DNA of 55,584 nucleotides from Thermoplasmata archaeon (GTDB lineage Archaea; Thermoplasmatota; Thermoplasmata; Lutacidiplasmatales; UBA184): positions 1 to 55,584 of the forward strand of contig JASHSU010000037.1 of NCBI GenBank assembly GCA_030038605.1, read 5' to 3'. The notes under the pieces were generated by a model. The model ran no database searches. It saw only the letters and a program-made list of their open reading frames with translations, and was not told the DNA's origin. Below, in pieces: positions 50,623 through 55,584 of the stretch. A program made the position numbers and the translations under genes. The first letter of the stretch is position 1. Each line of letters opens with the position of its first letter.

Positions 50623-51827
50623 GCCACCCCGCGCTCCCGGACCGACGGCCGCCGCAGAAAGTGAACGAACCCCGCCAGCGACCAGAATTCCTCCCAGTCG
50701 ACGACCGGCGCGTCCTGCCACATGCGGGTGACCTCTTCGCGGCGGCGCAGCCGGGTGTACCGTTGCGCAAGGGCTTCGTCCTCGGGCGACGCCAGCGCCT
50801 CGACCGATTGGACGGCGAGGTACGACGGGCTGAGGACGACCGTGGGAAAGCCCCGGCGACGCACGTGGGCGACCAGGTGGTGCTGGGTCTCGCTCGCCAG
50901 CGGCGAGAGGACCACGGTCGTGGTCTGCGCCGGGTAGTACCGACGGAGCGCGACCGCGCATCGTTCCGCCGGTCCCGGGGCGGTGGACAGCTCCGTCCGC
51001 AACAGCAACTCACGGATCCGGAACCGCTGGGTCCGGCCGGAGGCGAGCGGCACCGCGTGCAGGAATTCGCCGTACGTGGCCACCCCCACCCGACTCTTGT
51101 CCCGCAGGAACGCTTCGGCCAGTCCGAAGGCCGCCCCCCGCGAGACCGCCAGCAGGCGCCCGTCGACGTCCGGACCCAGGTTCGTGGGCCTCGTGTCGAG
51201 AAGGATCACCAGGTCCCCGGTGCGGTCGAGCGCGTACTCGTTGGCCAGCCGACGTCCCGCCCGAGCACTCGCCCGCCAGTTGATCCGTCGGGGCGGGTCG
51301 CCCGGGGCCGCGTCGCGGATCCCGAAGAACTCCCCCGCCTCGCCGACCGCGCGGGAGCGCGTCTCGCCCGGCAGGGCGAGCGTGCGCCGGAGCCGGACCG
51401 CGCCCGCCCGCTGCAGTTCGGGCGGGTATCGCTCGATGTAGAGACGGGGGGCCTCCAGGACCGTCGACCGTTCGACCAGCCCCAACGGGTCCTTCCAGGT
51501 CACCGTCGGCGTCGGTACGGTGAGCAGTGTCGGCTCCGGGAGTCGCCAGTCGAGCTGGACCCGCAGCGAGGGTCCGTCCCGTCCCACGACCGGGGGGTGG
51601 ACCTCCTCCACACCCGCGGGTACCGGGTACCGAACGTCCAGTGACTCCGGCCGAACATCGACGGGCGGGGTGAGCCGGATATCCAGCCGAACGGACCGGT
51701 CCGACCCGCCGACCGTACCGTCGAGGACGACTCTCGGCGACGTGCGGGGCCCGACCAGCCCCGCCGCGACCGGCGCCAGCAACAACGGGAACGCCAGGAA
51801 CAGGGGCACCGGGGATCGAACCGTCAC
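50619..51827 (-). CDS. DUF58 (vWA-like) protein
   Basis: 402 aa with GEFFGIRDAAPGDPPRRINWRASARAGRRLANEY and DLVILLD, which are typical of DUF58. An additional hydrophobic helix (HWRPAAFVLVAAAIGFFALG) is encoded in-frame immediately upstream of the GTG start. There is no canonical start codon before it. Confidence 0.8.
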   Translation of the reverse strand: MTVRSPVPLFLAFPLLLAPVAAGLVGPRTSPRVVLDGTVGGSDRSVRLDIRLTPPVDVRPESLDVRYPVPAGVEEVHPPVVGRDGPSLRVQLDWRLPEPTLLTVPTPTVTWKDPLGLVERSTVLEAPRLYIERYPPELQRAGAVRLRRTLALPGETRSRAVGEAGEFFGIRDAAPGDPPRRINWRASARAGRRLANEYALDRTGDLVILLDTRPTNLGPDVDGRLLAVSRGAAFGLAEAFLRDKSRVGVATYGEFLHAVPLASGRTQRFRIRELLLRTELSTAPGPAERCAVALRRYYPAQTTTVVLSPLASETQHHLVAHVRRRGFPTVVLSPSYLAVQSVEALASPEDEALAQRYTRLRRREEVTRMWQDAPVVDWEEFWSLAGFVHFLRRPSVRERGVA

Positions 51828-51913
51828 GCCGAGCGCGAAGAATCCGATCGCCGCGGCGACCAGGACGAAGGCCGCCGGACGCCAGTGCGGGCCGACCTCG
51901 GTCGCTCGGTGGT

Positions 51914-52324
51914 TCAGGTCGAACCCCCCTCGATCTCGTCCAGTCGGGAGCTCACGTAGGCGCGGAACTGGGCTCGTGTCTCGCCCCGCAGTCGGGCCAG
52001 CTCTTCGGCCGGCGTTGTCGGTCGCAGGGGATGGGCGTACCTCCGGTCCAGCTCATCCAGTAGGACCACCACCTCGCTCCGACCGGAACGGCCCGCGGCC
52101 AGCGACACGCGGAACGGCGACCGGGGCTCGGCCGTGGGGCCCGGCGGGTGGCCTCGTGTTCCCCACGAGTCCCGGTGCGCCAACCCCGCCAGGTAGAGGG
52201 CGACGGCCGCGAACGCCCCGGCGGCGAATCCGATCGCCGCGGTCTGGTTCGGCCCCGCGTAGACCGCGACGCCCGCCAGGACCGCGGCGAGAGCGAGCCA
52301 GACCCAGCCGGCCGGCCCCCTCAT
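51914..52324 (-). CDS. Small two-TM membrane protein (hypothetical)
   Basis: 136 aa with two N-terminal helices and then a charged helical tail. Its start overlaps the upstream stop (ATGA at 52321-52324). Confidence 0.55.
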   Translation of the reverse strand: MRGPAGWVWLALAAVLAGVAVYAGPNQTAAIGFAAGAFAAVALYLAGLAHRDSWGTRGHPPGPTAEPRSPFRVSLAAGRSGRSEVVVLLDELDRRYAHPLRPTTPAEELARLRGETRAQFRAYVSSRLDEIEGGST

Positions 52325-53253
52325 GCGCCCCCAAGGGCCCGGCTCAGGTCCTGCTCTGCTTCACCGATGGCCTCGCGGGCGCTCGCCACCTGGAGCGGGC
52401 CCAGCGGATGGCTCGAGTACCGCGCCTCTTCAAAGACTCGGGTCAGGGTGCGCGCGGCTGGGGCGCGGATGCCCAGGCGAATCAGATGCTGGGTCCGAAT
52501 CTCCTCCGGCGTGGCGGCGTCCAGGTCGGTCACCACGGGCTGCAGTCGGGCCAGGAGCGTCGCATACAACGCCAGAATGGTCGCCCGGGGGTCGGCTGCC
52601 GAGTCGAGGTCGGCGCGGGCCTTACGCAACGCCCCTCGCACCTGGGCGGTCGCCTGGTCGGAGCGCTCCCGGTACAGCCGGTCGTCCCGACGGTCCTGCA
52701 GGTAGTTCGCGAGCGGCGGCAACGCCAAGATCACCACCCCGGCTAACACGACCACCAGCAGTAGGAACCACGTCCACGCTGGGAGGTGGAAACTCAGCTC
52801 GTCGAGCACGCCACCGGGCCCTCCGACGAGCGTGCTGTTCACGGTCGTATTGTTCGTCGCCGCGGGCGCCGTCTGGTTGCCGGCGGGCTGAGGGGGAGGG
52901 GACGTGTAGCCGGTCGGTCCGCCGCCGACCGCATGGAGGATGGCGACCATGATGACGCCGGCAAGGAGGAGCGAGAGCCCGGCGACAGCGAACGGCGTCA
53001 TCGTCCCACTGGGGTTCTTCGTGGAGAGTCGGGCGACGATGACCGGCAGGATGATCACGAGCGCGAGCCCGATGATGATGACCGAGATGAGCCAGGTCGG
53101 AAGGATCAGTTCGCTCGTCGGGCCGACCGGGGGCGCCGGGCCGGCGGACCGAGCGCCCACCAGGATGCTCGCCGACGCGCCGACGGCGAACGCGCAGAGC
53201 AGGATGACGAGCAAGACCGTGGACGGTCGGGAGCGGGGCCGGCGGGTCGCCAT
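52321..53253 (-). CDS. Multi-TM protein with C-terminal DUF4129-like domain
   Basis: 310 aa with four hydrophobic helices and a Pro/Thr/Asn-rich loop. The C-terminus (TPEEIRTQHLIRLGIRAPAARTLTRVFEEARYSSHPL) matches the DUF4129 pattern (TP.E....L..L...Y..ARY). Confidence 0.65.
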   Translation of the reverse strand: MATRRPRSRPSTVLLVILLCAFAVGASASILVGARSAGPAPPVGPTSELILPTWLISVIIIGLALVIILPVIVARLSTKNPSGTMTPFAVAGLSLLLAGVIMVAILHAVGGGPTGYTSPPPQPAGNQTAPAATNNTTVNSTLVGGPGGVLDELSFHLPAWTWFLLLVVVLAGVVILALPPLANYLQDRRDDRLYRERSDQATAQVRGALRKARADLDSAADPRATILALYATLLARLQPVVTDLDAATPEEIRTQHLIRLGIRAPAARTLTRVFEEARYSSHPLGPLQVASAREAIGEAEQDLSRALGGA

Positions 53254-53280
53254 CGCACCCTAGCGACGGCGGGACGCGGG

Positions 53281-54192
53281 TTAACCCCTTCCGGCGGCGT
53301 TCGGGGGGGCTTCGTCGCCCTCGCGGTTCGGCGCGGGCGACAGGAAGTAGACACTCCGACGCTCGTGTTCGACGGAGACGACCGCGAAGTCGTCCACGAC
53401 ATACCCCAGGTCCGCGGCCGCACGGAACGCATCGCGGGTCGCGTGGCGCCACCGTCGGAGGGCCTCCGGCTCGTGCTCCCGGACGAGTCCGAGGTCGAAA
53501 GGTATCTCCAGGTGCGCCACGGGTTTCTCCGGCTCCTGGACCTCCACCGGCAGGCGGAGGCCGCTCTCGCCCGGCTCGGTCCGGATGAGCGGTGTCGCGG
53601 AGGCCCATCGGGCTTCGTCCTCGGCGGCGGTGGGGTACGTCCCGGCGAGACGCTGCTCGACGCGGGGATGGGCCAAGGACCAAACGAGGCGCACGCGGTC
53701 CGATTCGATGCCCCGGTTCACCGGGTCGGCCATCTGACCGTAATAGTGGTGAAAGTACCGGTCGGGCAGGCCCCCCAGCCGTCGGACGAACAGCCAGGCG
53801 TTCCGGCTCTGCAGCGGGTCGAACGCGAGTCGGACCTCCGAAAGGCCGAGCTGCAACACCTCCTGGCGCAGCGACGTGAACAGGTCGTGGCCCAGGTGGT
53901 GGTTCTGGTACTCGGGACGGACAGCGGCCGAATGGATGTACTCGTAGAGGGCGGCGCCGTCCCAGCCGAGGAAGGCGACCGCGAAGCCCGCGAGATGGAT
54001 GTCGACGAACCCGCCGAGCACGATCCCGCCGTTGTCCTGGACCGCCCGCTGGAGGCCCGTCGGCACCGCGTCCGTCGCGTCGGAGCCGTAGACGGATCGG
54101 TGGACCTCGTCGACCTGTCGGAACTCCTCGGGTTTCTCCAACCGACGGATCTTGAACCCCGTGGCACCGGTTCGGCTCGGGGTCGCGGTCAC
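53281..54192 (-). CDS. GNAT-fold acetyltransferase-like protein (COG3375-like)
   Basis: 303 aa. The segment AVRPEYQNHHLGHDLFTSLRQEVLQLGLSEVRLAFDPLQSRNAWLFVRRLG resembles a GNAT motif A region. The C-terminal half is unassigned. Confidence 0.5.
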   Translation of the reverse strand: MTATPSRTGATGFKIRRLEKPEEFRQVDEVHRSVYGSDATDAVPTGLQRAVQDNGGIVLGGFVDIHLAGFAVAFLGWDGAALYEYIHSAAVRPEYQNHHLGHDLFTSLRQEVLQLGLSEVRLAFDPLQSRNAWLFVRRLGGLPDRYFHHYYGQMADPVNRGIESDRVRLVWSLAHPRVEQRLAGTYPTAAEDEARWASATPLIRTEPGESGLRLPVEVQEPEKPVAHLEIPFDLGLVREHEPEALRRWRHATRDAFRAAADLGYVVDDFAVVSVEHERRSVYFLSPAPNREGDEAPPNAAGRG

Positions 54193-54244
54193 GCCGCGCG
54201 GACCGGGAGTCCGTACTTAACGCGGGCGAGGACGGGAGGTCCGT

Positions 54245-54670
54245 CTAGCGGCGGACCCGCAGTTCCGCCCGCTTGTCCTGGTAGCGGATCTCGTCTGCGG
54301 GCGTCAAGTCCCAGAGGATCTCTTCGAGCTCGGGGATGTTGCGCAGGAACTCGGCCTTGCTCTTGGTCACCATGAGGTGCTCGAACTTCCGCCGGGCGAC
54401 GTAGTAGGCGAGCACGAGGTACAGACCGATGATGAGGACGATCGGACCGACGATGACGAATACGAGGTTGTAGTTGGCGCCGCCCGCGTCCGTCGTGTTG
54501 TTGATCGTCTGGAAGAATCCCAGGTTCATGAGCGGCGTGAAGTAGCCGATCGCGAGGATGGTGAGCAGCGCGCCCGCTGCGAGGACCACCACCGAAATGA
54601 ACGCCCGGTGGACCCGAGCGCCGTACCGTATTCGGCGACCGATCGGCTCCGGCGCCGTCTCCTCCGCCAT
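54245..54670 (-). CDS. Two-TM membrane protein (hypothetical)
   Basis: 141 aa with two long hydrophobic helices and a conserved-looking cytoplasmic tail (KAEFLRNIPELEEILWDLTPADEIRY). By eye it is more A/T-rich than its neighbours. Confidence 0.6.
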   Translation of the reverse strand: MAEETAPEPIGRRIRYGARVHRAFISVVVLAAGALLTILAIGYFTPLMNLGFFQTINNTTDAGGANYNLVFVIVGPIVLIIGLYLVLAYYVARRKFEHLMVTKSKAEFLRNIPELEEILWDLTPADEIRYQDKRAELRVRR

Positions 54671-54693
54671 CTCGGGGACGGCAAGCAGGTTCG

Positions 54694-54699
54694 CTTAAG
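54694..54699. promoter_or_regulatory. Palindromic TATA-like element CTTAAG centred between two divergent start codons
   Basis: The intergenic gap 54671-54726 is 56 bp. CTTAAG lies 24-29 nt from the minus-strand ATG (54670) and 28-33 nt from the plus-strand ATG (54727). It is embedded in GGTTC-GCTTAA-GAACC. Confidence 0.5.
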
Positions 54700-54726
54700 A
54701 ACCTATGTGACGTCCGCCGCCCGTCC

Positions 54727-55248
54727 ATGCCGGCTCCGGACCAGCCGCCGAGTGCGCCCCCTCCGCCGCCGCCCTCCCCCGCGACGTGGATGCCGCCCTC
54801 CGCGCCGTATGCGGGCACCCCACCGGGGGCCCCGTTGAGCCAGCGGTTGTCCTCGGAGAACCTGGCGCAGCGCTTCCCCTGGGCGTTCCTCGCCATGGGC
54901 GCCTATGCGATCGGGTTGCTGCTGCTCTTCGTCGGCGGTCTGGTGGCGGTCACGGCCGGTGTCTGGCCACCCTCGTGCCTGAACTCCACGAGCTGCGGCA
55001 CGGGAGCCACGCTCGAGAACGTCTACTACGGCATCATGGTCGCCCGTCTGCTGCTCGTCCTGGGCCTGTTCGGCATCGCCACCGGTGCCGGCCTGCACCT
55101 CCAGTTCGCCCACGAGCCCGCCTCGGGCCTGACGCCCGAGACGACCCGGCTGTACATCTCCCGCCGGCGGTTCGAGCGGGTCCTGCTCGTCTTCACCGTC
55201 CTGCTCCTGTTCGTCATCGTCTACTGGGCGGCGGTCACCCCGACCTAG
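54727..55248 (+). CDS. Pro-rich N-terminus + 4-TM membrane protein (hypothetical)
   Basis: 173 aa. PAPDQPPSAPPPPPPSPATWMPPSAPYAGTPPGAP is followed by hydrophobic helices. Confidence 0.55.
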   Translation: MPAPDQPPSAPPPPPPSPATWMPPSAPYAGTPPGAPLSQRLSSENLAQRFPWAFLAMGAYAIGLLLLFVGGLVAVTAGVWPPSCLNSTSCGTGATLENVYYGIMVARLLLVLGLFGIATGAGLHLQFAHEPASGLTPETTRLYISRRRFERVLLVFTVLLLFVIVYWAAVTPT

Positions 55249-55272
55249 ACCGGTCGGTGAGCGGACGGCCAA

Positions 55273-55581
55273 CTACGGGCGGCCCGGCCGGGTCCGGCCG
55301 AACGTGGTGGCCTCCTCGCTCGGCAGCGGGAGCGGGTTCGCTCCCGGGGCGGGAATGAGGGAGAGCCGCACGCGGAGCTGACGGTACAGGAACATCGCCC
55401 CGAGGAGGGCGATCAGGGCCCCGCCGAAGCTGCCGGCCAGTCCGACCAGCGGACCCAGACCGATCAGGAAGAACCCGACGACCGAGAAGAGCGCGGACCG
55501 GAGGGGTCCCCCGCCGGTCCGATGCTCGGCGCCTCCCGGCGGTAGGGAGAAGAGACCCCCGGTCACTTCCAATCCCAGCAC
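55273..55581 (-). CDS. Small membrane protein (hypothetical; the N-terminus may extend beyond the window)
   Basis: 102-aa ORF with two hydrophobic helices (LFSVVGFFLIGLGPLVGLAGSFGGALIALLGAMFLY). Its start is only 3 nt from the window edge. Confidence 0.4.
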   Translation of the reverse strand: MLGLEVTGGLFSLPPGGAEHRTGGGPLRSALFSVVGFFLIGLGPLVGLAGSFGGALIALLGAMFLYRQLRVRLSLIPAPGANPLPLPSEEATTFGRTRPGRP

Positions 55582-55584
55582 CGC

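Overview
High-GC chromosomal segment that is almost certainly archaeal. Markers are ribosomal protein L40e, a LysW amino-group-carrier operon, digeranylgeranyl-lipid reductase with its own ferredoxin, archease, AMMECR1, a Pcc1-like ORF, and TATA-like boxes about 25-35 nt upstream of start codons. The thermopsin-like and GLPxGTxW-repeat surface proteins suggest Thermoplasmatota, but that is only an inference. About 50 protein genes are supported. They include three very large repeat-built surface proteins (1-2679 partial, 4275-10649, 30851-33904) and an eight-gene argG-argH-lysWXYZJK operon on the minus strand (14060-21758). There is a divergent nikR / NiCoT nickel module, a glycogen-debranching-type glycosidase, an ABC-2 exporter pair, trxB, ferredoxin+GGR, ileS, a serine-pathway pair, and a membrane MoxR/DUF58/DUF4129 cluster. 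I found no rRNA, tRNA, CRISPR array or obvious mobile element. Three real genes are missing from the ORF track. They are lysW (53 aa), rpl40e (50 aa), and the Kelch/PKD surface protein, whose frame is open to position 1. The items most worth follow-up are an orphan CARF/Csa3-like wHTH regulator followed by a 328-bp hairpin-rich non-coding gap, and two conserved domains (Pcc1-like, archease N-terminus) cut off from any canonical start codon next to G homopolymers. Others are a single palindromic TATA element centred between two divergent genes 56 bp apart, a nine-copy 333-bp coding tandem repeat, a bactofilin-like gene coupled to a CoA-binding gene, and a DUF1028 + peptidoglycan-binding fusion. 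Many long Arg/Gly/Pro-rich ORFs in the track are antisense or out-of-frame artefacts of the high GC content. All domain calls come from reading motifs by eye, with no database search.
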